Source: Jeongeupia wiesaeckerbachi
Lineage (GTDB): Bacteria > Pseudomonadota > Gammaproteobacteria > Burkholderiales > Chitinibacteraceae
DNA length: 64,000 bases
Direction: 5' to 3'
NCBI RefSeq assembly: GCF_050916355.1
Contig: NZ_CP136946.1
Coordinates: 598,162-662,161, forward strand
The notes below the pieces were generated by a model, which was not told the origin of the DNA, did no database searches, and was given only the letters and a program-made list of their open reading frames with translations. Every line of letters begins with the position of its first letter. Position 1 is the stretch's first letter. The position numbers and the translations under genes are program-made. Shown in pieces: positions 31,433 to 41,345 of this stretch.

Positions 31433-32569
31433 CTAGGTTTTCAAGCTCACCAGCCCGTTCAGCAACTGGTCGAAGCCGCCGATTACCGAAATCTTGTCGA
31501 TCCGCTCGGCCAGCCGCTCCAGCGTTTCCAGCTCCTTGAGCCGCAGCGCCGTCGGGTTGTCTTCCATCACCTTGGCCGTGTTGAGCAGCGAGCGGGTGGC
31601 CCCGGTTTCCTCGCGTCGGCGGATCACATTGGCTTGCGCCGCTTTTTCCGCCTCGACCACTTGCGCCAGCAGTGCCTTCATTTCGCCCGGCAACACGATG
31701 TCTTTCACGCCGAGGCTCGCCACACGCACGCCGAAGCCGTTTAGCCGCGCGGTCATGTGCAGGCTCACGACGTCATCAATCACCTGCTTGTTCTCCAGCA
31801 GCTCGTCGAGCGTGCGGGTGCCGACGGCGGCGCGCAGGCCGAACTGCAACTCGCGGTAGATATGCTCCATCGGCTTGGCTAGGCGCGAGAACGCCAGTGC
31901 CACGTCGTCGAACAGCCAGTTGGCGGCGAGGTTGACGCGCAGGCTCACCTTGTCGCGTGTGAGGATCTCCTGCCCGGTGATCTCGACCGTTTGCAAGCGG
32001 GTATCAACCAGATCGACCGCGATATCGCGGTTGAACCGCCAGTAGGCGTAGCGCCCCGGTTGCAGCAGCGCAACGCGCTGACCGTCGATCCGCAATAGGC
32101 CGACCAGGCCGTCCTGCACTTGTACGTTCAATATCGCGTTGAGTCCGATGATGGCTTTGCCGCGCAAGGCCGGCTGGGCAATTCGCGCCAGCAGTGCCTC
32201 AGGCACGGCCCAGCCCGCAGCAAGGTCGATCCGCTCGAAACGCTGCGCTACCGCGTCCCGCCAATACATGCGGCGCGAGCCCGGCGCGACGATCTCGACC
32301 AGAACCTCGTTCTCGAAGCGCAGTCCGGCCTCGTTGTCGCCAAGGTCGAACAGCGCAAAGTGCGACGCCACGACCTCCGGTTCGTACTGGCGCAGGTATT
32401 CGGCCAGCGGGTGTTCGAACAGCGCTTCGTCCAGCGGATAGGCCACGACGGCGTAGTCGCGCTTCAGGCTGGTTTTCAGGTAGCGGCCCGGCTGCAATAC
32501 GGCGGTGAAATCGCCGTTGCACAGCAGCAGGGCGCGTTCATTCTTGCGTACCAGAAATCGTTGCCACAT
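31433..32569 (-). CDS. Cytoplasmic SPFH/band-7 (slipin-like) protein with a degenerate N-terminal SPFH-like duplication; first gene of the rtc operon
   Basis: 378 aa from MWQRFLV... with no TM helix. The C-terminal half is a canonical SPFH domain (...TRDKVSLRVNLAANW...VASLGVKDIVLPGEMKALLAQVVEAEKAAQANVIRRREETGA). The N-terminal half repeats an LQPGRY motif. Confidence 0.65.
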   Translation of the reverse strand: MWQRFLVRKNERALLLCNGDFTAVLQPGRYLKTSLKRDYAVVAYPLDEALFEHPLAEYLRQYEPEVVASHFALFDLGDNEAGLRFENEVLVEIVAPGSRRMYWRDAVAQRFERIDLAAGWAVPEALLARIAQPALRGKAIIGLNAILNVQVQDGLVGLLRIDGQRVALLQPGRYAYWRFNRDIAVDLVDTRLQTVEITGQEILTRDKVSLRVNLAANWLFDDVALAFSRLAKPMEHIYRELQFGLRAAVGTRTLDELLENKQVIDDVVSLHMTARLNGFGVRVASLGVKDIVLPGEMKALLAQVVEAEKAAQANVIRRREETGATRSLLNTAKVMEDNPTALRLKELETLERLAERIDKISVIGGFDQLLNGLVSLKT

Positions 32570-32793
32570 CTCTCTTTTCCTTTTTATTGGCCGGTTGTCG
32601 TCGATCCGGACAGGGGGCCGCATGGCCATCCAGGGGGCCGTCGCACCAGGGCGCTGTCGTGCGCAACCTTGATGGCCGGTTGCTCATTCAGCGCGCCTCG
32701 CACTCGGGCTGCCTGGGGGCGATACCACCCCCGGGCCGGATCGACGGCGGCATTGCCGCGCCGGGTACTGCGTTTTGCAAAGTCCCTTTCGGG

Positions 32794-32860
32794 GTTTCGA
32801 GCGGGAGTCGAACCCGCGACACACGGTGTTGAACCGTTGCTCTACCCATTGAGCTATCGA
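32794..32860 (-). ncRNA. tRNA-like element B in the rtc leader: canonical D-arm and T-arm with a non-canonical anticodon arm
   Basis: Minus-strand read: UCGAUA-GCUC-AAUGGGUA-GAGC-A-ACGGU-UCAAC-ACCGU-GUGU-GCGGG-UUCGACU-CCCGC-UCGAAAC. The D-stem/loop contains GG and the T-arm is a perfect 5 bp plus UUCGACU loop. The anticodon loop is only 5 nt and the acceptor pairing is weak, so this is not a true tRNA. Confidence 0.5.
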
Positions 32861-32906
32861 TGGCGGCGATCCGGGAATCGAACCCGGCGGGCACCAAGCA
32901 TCGCCA
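32861..32906 (-). ncRNA. tRNA-like element A in the rtc leader: acceptor-stem/T-arm minihelix ending in an encoded CCA
   Basis: Minus-strand read: UGGCGAU-gcuuggugcccg-CCGGG-UUCGAUU-CCCGG-AUCGCCG-CCA. A perfect T-arm with 7-bp acceptor pairing (one U-G) and a 3' CCA. Confidence 0.5.
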
Positions 32907-33017
32907 ATGACTGCGCTTCCACACGGCGGTACATGCACTGCCCAACGGGCGACATGCCGGCGCGGCTTGAGAACCGCTCACCCCAGGGCCGTGCTTTCCT
33001 GCAGTCCAGGGTTACAC

Positions 33018-33033
33018 AGCGAAAGTCGTGCCA
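33018..33033 (-). promoter_or_regulatory. Putative sigma-54 (-24/-12) promoter of the rtc operon
   Basis: Minus-strand TGGCAC-gactt-TCGCT, with GG and GC 12 nt apart. It lies divergent from rtcR, which encodes the sigma-54 activator of this locus. Confidence 0.5.
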
Positions 33034-33172
33034 GACAAATCGAAGCACCCAATATGTTCGATAACTTGTTGTTTTTACATGAATATTGTTTTTATCACCT
33101 GCAGTTCGTTCTCACGGCTATTCATAAAAATACGATATAGTTGGATCGTCATTTATCTATTGCTATCGCATC

Positions 33173-34789
33173 ATGAAGCGTGTCGTCGTTTTCGGTTTCG
33201 TCGGTACGGTGCTCGACTATGTCGGCAAGGGTGGGCAGCGCTGGGAGAAGTGGCGGCCTACCGTCGGGCTGTGTCAGCAGGAAGACCTGATCGTCGACCG
33301 GATCGAGCTGCTGCATGACAGTCGCAGCCGGGGGCTGTTCGAGCGCTTGAAGCGGGACATCGAGACTGTCTCTCCCGGGACCGAGGTGGTCAGCGTCGAG
33401 GTCAACCTGCGCGACCCGTGGGATTTCGAGGAGGTTTACGCCGCGCTGCACGACTTCGCCCGCGGCTATGCCTTCGACACCGAGGCCGAGGATTACCTGA
33501 TCCACATCACCACCGGCACCCACGTCGCCCAGATCTGCTGGTTCCTGCTCGCCGAGGCCCGCTACCTGCCGGCCAGGCTGGTGCAGACGTCGCCACCACG
33601 CAGGCGCGAGGGCGAAGGCGTCGCCGGCAGTTACGCGCTGATCGATCTCGACCTGTCGCGCTACAACAAGATCGCCACGCGTTTCGCGCGCGAGCAGGCC
33701 GAGACGGTGTCCTTCCTCAAGTCCGGCATTGCCACGCGCAACGCGCGCTTCAACCGGATGATCGAGCAGATCGAGCGGGTCGCCATGCGCTCAAAGGCGC
33801 CGATGCTGCTGTGCGGCCCGACCGGCGCCGGCAAGTCCTTTCTGGCGAGACGGATCTACGAACTGAAAAAAGCCCGCCACCAGCTGGCCGGCCGCTTTGT
33901 CGAGGTGAACTGCGCGACCTTGCGCGGCGATAGCGCGATGTCGGCATTGTTCGGCCATGTGAAGGGGGCGTTTACCGGAGCCCAGACCGAGCGGGCCGGT
34001 TTGCTGCGCAGCGCCGACGGCGGCTTGTTGTTCCTCGATGAAATCGGCGAACTGGGCCTGGACGAGCAGGCGATGCTGCTCAAGGCGATCGAAGAAAAGC
34101 GTTTCTTCCCGTTCGGCAGCGATCGCGAAACCGACAGCAATTTTCAATTGATTGCCGGTACGGTGCGCGACCTGAAGCAATGGGTGGCCGAAGGCAGGTT
34201 CCGCGAAGACTTGTACGCCCGGATCAACTTGTGGACCTACGAGCTACCGGGCCTGGCGGAGCGCGCCGAAGATCTCGAACCGAACCTTGAATTCGAACTG
34301 GCCCGCTTCGCCAGCGAGCACGGTGAACAGGTCCGCTTCAATGCCGAAGCCAGGCGGGCCTATCTCAAGTTTGCCACCTCAAGCGAAGCCAGGTGGGCCG
34401 GCAATTTCCGCGAACTCTCGGCGTCGGTCACGCGGCTGGCAACGCTGGCAGACGCGGGCCGAATTACCAACGACAACGTCGACGAAGAGATCGGTCGCCT
34501 GCGTCAGGCGTGGCGCAACGGCGATACCAGCGAGCTGACCGACCTGCTGGGGGAAAAGAGCGGACTGCTCGACCTGTTTGACCGCCTGCAGCTGGAAAAC
34601 GTGATCGAGGTCTGCAAACAATCCAGCTCCCTATCCGATGCCGGCCGACGCTTGTTCGGGATGTCGCGGCAAGAAAAAGCCAAGGCCAACGACGCAGACC
34701 GGTTGAGGAAATATCTGGCCAGATATGAATTGAGCTGGCAGCAGATTCAGGACATCCCCGAGCCATCCCGCGGCACGGGAAAACCTTGA
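33173..34789 (+). CDS. rtcR: Sigma-54-dependent transcriptional regulator RtcR (CARF-like N-terminal domain, AAA+ domain, HTH)
   Basis: 538 aa with an AAA+ sigma-54 activator core ([33 protein letters not shown]) and a long N-terminal RtcR-type sensor domain. Divergent from rtcB/rtcA. Confidence 0.9.
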   Translation: MKRVVVFGFVGTVLDYVGKGGQRWEKWRPTVGLCQQEDLIVDRIELLHDSRSRGLFERLKRDIETVSPGTEVVSVEVNLRDPWDFEEVYAALHDFARGYAFDTEAEDYLIHITTGTHVAQICWFLLAEARYLPARLVQTSPPRRREGEGVAGSYALIDLDLSRYNKIATRFAREQAETVSFLKSGIATRNARFNRMIEQIERVAMRSKAPMLLCGPTGAGKSFLARRIYELKKARHQLAGRFVEVNCATLRGDSAMSALFGHVKGAFTGAQTERAGLLRSADGGLLFLDEIGELGLDEQAMLLKAIEEKRFFPFGSDRETDSNFQLIAGTVRDLKQWVAEGRFREDLYARINLWTYELPGLAERAEDLEPNLEFELARFASEHGEQVRFNAEARRAYLKFATSSEARWAGNFRELSASVTRLATLADAGRITNDNVDEEIGRLRQAWRNGDTSELTDLLGEKSGLLDLFDRLQLENVIEVCKQSSSLSDAGRRLFGMSRQEKAKANDADRLRKYLARYELSWQQIQDIPEPSRGTGKP

Positions 34790-34824
34790 TCCCCCGCCCA
34801 CCGGCACCCCAACTGAAATGAATC

Positions 34825-34860
34825 GGGGCCGGCGCTTCACAGCGTCGGCCCCTTTGCTTC
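34825..34860 (+). terminator. Putative terminator after rtcR
   Basis: ggggccggcgcttcacagcgtcggcccc followed by tttgcttc. Confidence 0.45.
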
Positions 34861-34925
34861 CAGTTCGCAACCACCAACGGCATCGCCGCCGGGCGGAACA
34901 AGCGCAGGAGCTGTAGCGAAACGGC

Positions 34926-36014
34926 TTAGCCGTTGCGCAGCAGATCGCCCATCACCGTCTGTTCGCCGCGCTTGCGCGCGGCCGACGGCGCGTCGTACAG
35001 CAGCAGCCAGCGACGCGGCCCGGCCCAGCCGGCCGGCAGTGCGCACAGCGCCTCGGCGCGGTCCTCGCCGACGCCATAGGGCAGCGCCAGCTGCTCGACC
35101 GCGGCGTCCCACCACATCGCGGCGGCCTCGTCGTCGGGTACCGCAGCGAGCGCCTGCGCGGCACCGGTCCAGCGGAACACGCGGACCGCACCATCGAGCA
35201 CCATGGTCGGGCCGGCGAGGATCAGCAGATCGTCGCCATCCATGTGCAGGTCGCGAACGCCCAGACCGGCCAATCGCAGGAAATGCTTGCGGTAGTGCGC
35301 GCCGCCCTTGCCCAGTGGCCGCAGCCGCAGCTTGCCCTTGCGGGTTTCGACCGCGATTTCGAGCACGCACGACCAGCCACGCAGCACCGGCCCGCGCAGG
35401 CCGAGCAACAACCGGTCGCCGTGCAGCGCCAGCCCTTCGATATCGAGACCGTTGTCCTTGCCCGGAATCGCCAGGAACGGCGCCAGTTGTGCGTCGTCGG
35501 CCAGCAGTTCGGTCAGTTCGTTGCGGCGCGGGCCGCCCTTGAGCACCGCGGCGCTACGGCCGTCCGGCGCTTCGCGCACCAGCATCGGCAGGCCGTCGGC
35601 GCCGTCCACCAGCGGAATGCGCGCCAGCAGGCAGCGGTTGCCGTCATGGCTCAAGGTCGCCAGCCGCGCGAGATTGTCGTCGCGGCCGGGCTTGGGGTTC
35701 TTGCGTTTGAGCCCGTGCGAGCCGACCAGCCACAGATAGCCGTCGGCGCAGGCCAGCCCTTCGATATCGGCCTCGATGTCGGCGGCGGCCGGCAGGTCGA
35801 GGTAGTCGGCCAGCGGGAAATGCTGCGCCTCGCCAAACCGCAGCACTTCGCCGTCGACCGGATCGAGCCGGCGCAGCCGGTCGAGCCCGCAGGCCTCGTC
35901 GCCGGCGACCCACAGCGCATCACCGCTGACGCAGGCGCCCGACAGGTTGTCATGGACCAGTTGCTCGCCGTCGAGCTCGAGCCGCACGGCGTGTTGCTGC
36001 AGATGACGGGGCAT
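34926..36014 (-). CDS. Hypothetical protein (362 aa; possibly DUF3616-like), downstream of the Spo0M-like gene
   Basis: Long ORF with good coding character, 9 bp after the Spo0M-like gene. No catalytic motif recognised. Confidence 0.45.
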   Translation of the reverse strand: MPRHLQQHAVRLELDGEQLVHDNLSGACVSGDALWVAGDEACGLDRLRRLDPVDGEVLRFGEAQHFPLADYLDLPAAADIEADIEGLACADGYLWLVGSHGLKRKNPKPGRDDNLARLATLSHDGNRCLLARIPLVDGADGLPMLVREAPDGRSAAVLKGGPRRNELTELLADDAQLAPFLAIPGKDNGLDIEGLALHGDRLLLGLRGPVLRGWSCVLEIAVETRKGKLRLRPLGKGGAHYRKHFLRLAGLGVRDLHMDGDDLLILAGPTMVLDGAVRVFRWTGAAQALAAVPDDEAAAMWWDAAVEQLALPYGVGEDRAEALCALPAGWAGPRRWLLLYDAPSAARKRGEQTVMGDLLRNG

Positions 36015-36023
36015 GGCGTCTCC

Positions 36024-36761
36024 TCAGTAGAACAGCGGCGCGAACTGGCGCTGCACGGCGTCGACCGACAGCCCGGCGTGCGGCACGCTGACGACGCGGT
36101 AGCTGTCGCCACGGAAGCGCCGGTCGACTTCGACCAGCACATGCGTCACCGTCGGGCCTGGCAGGAAGGACAGCTCGACTTCGGCAATGCCGCCGCGCCC
36201 GGACGGGCGGAATTCGAGTTCCTGATAGCAGCCGCTCTGGCTGTTGCCGACCTGGGTGCGCAGGTAGCCGGCTTCGACGTCGGCGCGCGCCAGCACGAAG
36301 CCGAGCCGCTCCATCGCGGTGATCACTGCCTGCATCGGCTCGGTCGGCTCGACCACCAGCGGATCGCGATCGGACGCGTCGACGGCGCTGGCGATCGACA
36401 AGCGCGTCTCGAGCCAGACGCGGCAGCGGTTGTCGCGGCAACGCAGCGCGTTGATCGGCGTCTCGGCGGGCAGTTGCGTATTCAGCGGAATCGACATCGT
36501 CTCGCCGGCGCGCAGCACGAAGCGCTCGTTCAACGGCCAGTGCGCCAGCACGTGGCTGGTGGTGTACTCGCCATTGTCGCTCTCGACTTCCATTTCGGTG
36601 CACAGCGCCAGTTGCAGCCCGTCGATCGTCTGATCGGCCGCGCCGCCTTTGAGCACCACCTCGCCATCCAAGGGCCCGCCCGGGATCAGCCGCGACGTCG
36701 TAATACGGGTATCAACCTGGGCGCCACCGAAACCGGCAGCCGCGAGCAAGGAACGGAACAT
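36024..36761 (-). CDS. Spo0M-like protein (sporulation-control protein family homologue)
   Basis: 245 aa from MFRSLLAAAGFGGAQVDTRITTSRLIPGGPLDGEVVLKGG (AGGAG RBS). The N-terminal pattern matches the Spo0M family. Confidence 0.6.
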   Translation of the reverse strand: MFRSLLAAAGFGGAQVDTRITTSRLIPGGPLDGEVVLKGGAADQTIDGLQLALCTEMEVESDNGEYTTSHVLAHWPLNERFVLRAGETMSIPLNTQLPAETPINALRCRDNRCRVWLETRLSIASAVDASDRDPLVVEPTEPMQAVITAMERLGFVLARADVEAGYLRTQVGNSQSGCYQELEFRPSGRGGIAEVELSFLPGPTVTHVLVEVDRRFRGDSYRVVSVPHAGLSVDAVQRQFAPLFY

Positions 36762-37150
36762 GAGTACTCCTGAAAAGGGATGAACGACGCGGGACATCGG
36801 CGCTGCGGTAAGCCGCTGGCAGCCTTCACGTGACCGCGTGCGAAACCAACCGGATGCTTTCCTCGGCTTGAAGCGAGGCGCATGCAAAACCGTCATTGCC
36901 GCCCGACTGCAGCTATCGACCACGCCGGATAGCGTCGGTTCCTTGAATGAATCGCAGCCTTCCCAAGCTGCAAGCATCCGGCAGAATCCGCGGGCAACCC
37001 ACGCGAGCGCCGCACGGCCTGTCGCCCTTTCCGGCACCGGCCTACGCCGGTCTTTTCCATGCTGCCGATCCCCGGCATCATCGACCCCGTCGCAGCCGGC
37101 ACGCCATCGTCCGCTACGATACCGTCGAACCGATCGAGAGAACGAACCGC

Positions 37151-38167
37151 ATGGACACGATGCTGCTGGCGCTATCGGATACCGTCACCGAAGCGCACGA
37201 TCTGGAAAGCCTGACCCGGCCACTGCTGGAAATGCTCGAAACCCTCACCGGGCTCGAATCGACGTATCTGACCGTGATCGATCTGCCACGCGGCCAGCAG
37301 GAGATCCTGTTTGCCCGCAATGCCGATGCGCTGACGATTCCCGAAGGGCTGTCGGTCGACTGGAACGATACGCTGTGCAAACGGGCGCTGGACGAAGGCC
37401 GGATGTACACCGGCAACGTCGCCGACTGCTGGGGTGATTCGGACGCCGCCCGCGCGCTGGGCATTCGCACCTATCTGAGCACGCCGGTGCGCATGCGCTC
37501 GGGCGAGCTGTACGGCACGCTGTGCGCAGCCAGCGCTGCGCCGAAAACGCTGAATGCCGGTACCGACCGCGTGCTGACGCTGTTCGCCCGGCTGATCGCC
37601 GAGCATGTCGAGCGCGAACAGCTGCTGCAGCAGCTGCAGCGCGCCAATCGCGAACTGTCCTTGCAGGCGCTGACCGACCCGCTGACCGGCCTACCCAACC
37701 GCCGTGCGCTGATGCAGGAACTCGGCCGGCTGTTTTCGCTGTCCAGCCGCGCGGCACATCGGGTGCTGATCGCCTACATCGATCTGGACGGCTTCAAGCA
37801 CATCAACGACACCCTCGGCCACGACGCCGGCGACCTGCTGCTGCAGACGATCGCCCGGCGCGTTTCAAGCGTGCTGCGTGCCGGCGATTTTCTGGCCCGG
37901 GTCGGCGGCGACGAATTCGTCGCCATCGGCATGGGGCCGACCGACGACACACTGCCAGCGCATGCCGCCGAGATGTTCCAACAGCGCCTGTTCGCACAGA
38001 CGGTGACGTACTTCGATACCGACGGCAGCGAACAGCGCTACCCCGGTGCCAGCGTCGGCGCCGTCGCGGTCGACCCGGCCGGCATCGATGTCCATCAGGC
38101 GCTGCAGCAGGCCGACGCCGTCATGTATGCGGTCAAGGCACAGCGCCGGGCGGCGCGTCGTGCTTAG
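37151..38167 (+). CDS. GAF-GGDEF diguanylate cyclase
   Basis: Starts at MDTMLLAL.... An N-terminal GAF-like domain is followed by a GGDEF domain with an intact GGDEF motif (RVGGDEFVAI) and an I-site-like RxxD. Confidence 0.85.
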   Translation: MDTMLLALSDTVTEAHDLESLTRPLLEMLETLTGLESTYLTVIDLPRGQQEILFARNADALTIPEGLSVDWNDTLCKRALDEGRMYTGNVADCWGDSDAARALGIRTYLSTPVRMRSGELYGTLCAASAAPKTLNAGTDRVLTLFARLIAEHVEREQLLQQLQRANRELSLQALTDPLTGLPNRRALMQELGRLFSLSSRAAHRVLIAYIDLDGFKHINDTLGHDAGDLLLQTIARRVSSVLRAGDFLARVGGDEFVAIGMGPTDDTLPAHAAEMFQQRLFAQTVTYFDTDGSEQRYPGASVGAVAVDPAGIDVHQALQQADAVMYAVKAQRRAARRA

Positions 38168-38526
38168 AATGACGCGCCAAACCCGCTGACAAGGTGTCGG
38201 CAAGGCGTGCGGAACGCGGCCAGTCCGAACGCTGCGGCCCCTGCAGCCAGCTGGCTTTTTGTTCGCCAAGGCCGGCCGGATCCGCCGTCCGCCATGGCGG
38301 TGTCCACCGCCTTCGGCCGCGACGCAACACCGCCGACTGCACCTGTCGCTTGCCCCATCGCGGTGCGTCACACCCAGGCCTCTCGCGGCCCCGGCGCAGC
38401 GCCCACGGTGCGACCGGCGCAACAGCGGCAAAAAAACAGATGCAATCGGCATGGATCACGCCAGAATCCAGCCTGCGCGGCCCTCGCCAGCGCCACGCCA
38501 ACGCTTAAAACCAACGATCCCTGCCC

Positions 38527-39879
38527 ATGCATCCAACCGCACCGCCCGCAAACACCGAACGCCCTGCTGACGTCGGCTTCTGGCCGGCCTTCCTGTTCTG
38601 GCTCAAGCTCGGCTTCATCAGCTTCGGCGGGCCGGCCGGGCAGATCGCGATCATGCATCAGGAGCTGGTCGAGCGCCGGCGGTGGATTTCCGAGCGGCGT
38701 TTCCTGCACGCGCTGAACTACTGCATGGTGCTGCCGGGCCCGGAGGCGCAGCAGCTGGCGACCTATATCGGCTGGCTGATGCACCGGCGCGTGGGCGGCA
38801 TCGTCGCCGGCGTGCTGTTCGTGCTGCCGTCGCTGCTGATCCTGATCACGCTGTCGTGGGTCTATATCGCCTATGGCAACGTGCCGCTGGTCGCCGGGCT
38901 GTTCTACGGCATCAAGCCGGCGGTCACCGCGATCGTGCTGCACGCCGCGCACCGGATCGGCGGTCGGGCGCTGAAGAACCGCACGCTGTGGGCAATCGCG
39001 GCGCTGTCCTTCGTGGCGATTTTTGCGCTCAAGCTGCCTTTCCCCGTCATCGTCGCGGCCGCGGCGCTGATCGGCTACGTCGGCGGACGGATCTCGCCGG
39101 CGACCTTCCGCACCGGCGGCGGCCATGGCCAGGCCCACGCCGGATACGGACCGGCGCTGATCGACGACGACACCCCGCTACCCGAACACGCGCGGTTCCG
39201 CTGGGCCGGGCTGGCCGGCATCGTGCTGGTCGGTGCGCTGCTGTGGCTGCTGCCGATGGGCTTGCTGATCGCGACCTTCGGCTGGTCGCACGCGTTCACG
39301 CAGATGGGCTGGTTCTTCACCAAGGCGGCACTGCTGACGTTCGGCGGCGCCTACGCGGTGCTGCCCTATGTGTATCAGGGCGCGGTCACCCACTTCGGCT
39401 GGCTGACGCCGACACAGATGATCGACGGCCTGGCGCTCGGCGAAACCACGCCGGGGCCGCTGATCATGGTCGTTGCCTTCGTCGGTTTCGTCGGCGGCTA
39501 TGTGCAGGCCAGCTTCGGCCCGGACCTCGCCTTCGTCGCCGGCGCATTCGCGGCGACGCTGGTGACATGGTTCACCTTCCTGCCGTCCTTCGTGTTCATC
39601 CTCGCCGGCGGGCCGCTGATCGAATCGACGCACGATGACCTGAAATTCACCGCGCCGCTGACGGCGATCACCGCCGCCGTCGTCGGCGTCATCGTCAATC
39701 TGGCGCTGTTCTTCGGCTACCACGTGCTGTGGCCGGCCGGTTTCGACGGCGCGTTCGACTGGCCCTCGGCGCTGATCGCGCTGGCCGCGGCGATCGCGCT
39801 GTTCCGCTTCAAGCAGAACGTCATCCACGTGATCGCCGCGTGCGCCGTCGTCGGTCTGCTGGTCAGGACCTTCGGCTAG
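38527..39879 (+). CDS. chrA: Chromate transporter ChrA (long, two-domain form)
   Basis: 450 aa with a duplicated CHR domain (FISFGGPAGQIAIMHQELVERRRWISERRFLHALNYCMVLPGPEA...). Confidence 0.9.
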   Translation: MHPTAPPANTERPADVGFWPAFLFWLKLGFISFGGPAGQIAIMHQELVERRRWISERRFLHALNYCMVLPGPEAQQLATYIGWLMHRRVGGIVAGVLFVLPSLLILITLSWVYIAYGNVPLVAGLFYGIKPAVTAIVLHAAHRIGGRALKNRTLWAIAALSFVAIFALKLPFPVIVAAAALIGYVGGRISPATFRTGGGHGQAHAGYGPALIDDDTPLPEHARFRWAGLAGIVLVGALLWLLPMGLLIATFGWSHAFTQMGWFFTKAALLTFGGAYAVLPYVYQGAVTHFGWLTPTQMIDGLALGETTPGPLIMVVAFVGFVGGYVQASFGPDLAFVAGAFAATLVTWFTFLPSFVFILAGGPLIESTHDDLKFTAPLTAITAAVVGVIVNLALFFGYHVLWPAGFDGAFDWPSALIALAAAIALFRFKQNVIHVIAACAVVGLLVRTFG

Positions 39880-39901
39880 CGCGGCGAGTCAGCCCCCCGG
39901 C

Positions 39902-41122
39902 TCAGTCGCGCCGCGGTTCGCGGGCGATGCACGCCGCGGCGGTGAACAGCACGTCGGTCGAGCTGTTGAGCGCGGTCTCGGACGAATCCTGGATCACGCT
40001 GATGATGAAGCCGATCGCGACGATCTGCATCGCCACGTCGTTGCTGATGCCGAACAGGCTGCACGCCATCGGAATCAGCAGCAGCGAGCCGCCGGCAACG
40101 CCCGACGCGCCGCACGCGGCCAGGCTGGCGACGACGCTGAGCAGCAAGGCGGTCGGCAGATCGACGGCAATGCCGAGCGTGTTGGCCGCGGCCAGCGTCA
40201 GCACGGTGATGGTGATCGCCGCGCCGGCCATATTGATCGTCGCGCCGAGCGGGATCGACACCGAATAGGTGTCTTCGTTCAGCCCCAGCTTCTCGCACAG
40301 CTGCATGTTCACCGGGATGTTCGCCGCCGAGCTGCGGGTGAAGAACGCGGTCAGGCCGCTTTCGCGCAGGCAGGTGAACACCAGCGGATAGGGGTTGCGC
40401 CGGGTGACGATGGCAACGATCAGCGGATTGACGACCAGCGCAACGACCAGCATCGCGCCGACCAGGACCAGCAACAGCCGCGAATAACCGAGCAAGGCCG
40501 AAAAGCCGGTCGTCGCCACCGATTCGGCGACGAGGCCGAACACACCGAACGGCGCAAAACGGATGATGATCTGCACGATGCGCGACACCGCGTGCGCGAC
40601 GTCGGCGAGAATCTGCCGCGTCGGCTCGCTGCCATGATGCAGCGCAAAGCCAAGCGCCGCGCCCCAGGCGAGCACGCCGATGTAGTTGGCGTTGGCGAGC
40701 GCGTGAATCGGGTTGTCGAATACCTGGAACAGCAGGCTGCGCAGGACTTCGGTGATGCCGCCGGGCGGCGTGCTCGAGTTTGCGGCGGTGACCAGCGTCA
40801 GCGTCGACGGGAACGCAAAGCTGATGCAGACGGCTACCAGCGCGGCCGAAAACGTGCCGAGCAGGTAGAGGCCGAGGATGGCCTGCATCCCGGTCGCGCT
40901 GCCGCGGCGCTTGTTGGCGATCGACGACGCGACCAGCAGCAGCACCAGGAGCGGCGCGATCGCCTTCAGCGCACTGACGAACATCGCGCCGAGCAGCGCC
41001 GCCGACTGGCCGGCCGCCGGCCAGATGAACCCGAGCGCCGCACCGGCGACCATGCCGGCCAGAATGAGCAGGACGAGGTTGCCCGTCAGGAACAGGGACA
41101 GCCATTTGGAGGCAAATCGCAT
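39902..41122 (-). CDS. sstT: Serine/threonine:Na+ symporter SstT (DAACS family)
   Basis: 406 aa, [21 protein letters not shown].... Conserved DAACS features are present. Confidence 0.88.
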   Translation of the reverse strand: MRFASKWLSLFLTGNLVLLILAGMVAGAALGFIWPAAGQSAALLGAMFVSALKAIAPLLVLLLVASSIANKRRGSATGMQAILGLYLLGTFSAALVAVCISFAFPSTLTLVTAANSSTPPGGITEVLRSLLFQVFDNPIHALANANYIGVLAWGAALGFALHHGSEPTRQILADVAHAVSRIVQIIIRFAPFGVFGLVAESVATTGFSALLGYSRLLLVLVGAMLVVALVVNPLIVAIVTRRNPYPLVFTCLRESGLTAFFTRSSAANIPVNMQLCEKLGLNEDTYSVSIPLGATINMAGAAITITVLTLAAANTLGIAVDLPTALLLSVVASLAACGASGVAGGSLLLIPMACSLFGISNDVAMQIVAIGFIISVIQDSSETALNSSTDVLFTAAACIAREPRRD

Positions 41123-41300
41123 GGGCTTCTCGATATGGAATGAGTAGAGCGGAATCGAACGGCCGCAGCCGACGTACCGTGGAGGCTTGCGCTTTTACAG
41201 TGTGGCCGCGTACCGGCGCAATCGCCGATTTCCCGCCCGCCCTCCGGTCAAACCGCTAAAGGGGCGAACGCCGAAGCGCGGCAAACGGTCCGGCGGCCAA

Positions 41301-41330
41301 GAAAAAAGGCCCGCAATCGCGGGCCTTTGT
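41301..41330 (-). terminator. Rho-independent terminator after pyk (bidirectional hairpin)
   Basis: aaaaaaggcccgcaatcgcgggccttt; on the minus strand the stem is followed by a T-run. Confidence 0.7.
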
Positions 41331-41345
41331 CGACGGACGCTGCAA

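Noticed and set aside
38168-38526. 359-bp gap upstream of chrA searched for a chrB-like regulator or small gene
   Set aside because: Only Ala/Arg/Pro-rich spurious ORFs are present. No HTH or ChrB-like motifs.
41140-41175. GTTCGATTCC T-loop-like motif in the 5' UTR of sstT
   Set aside because: The flanks do not form a 5-bp T-stem, and no acceptor or D-arm is present. This is a single 10-mer match consistent with chance.
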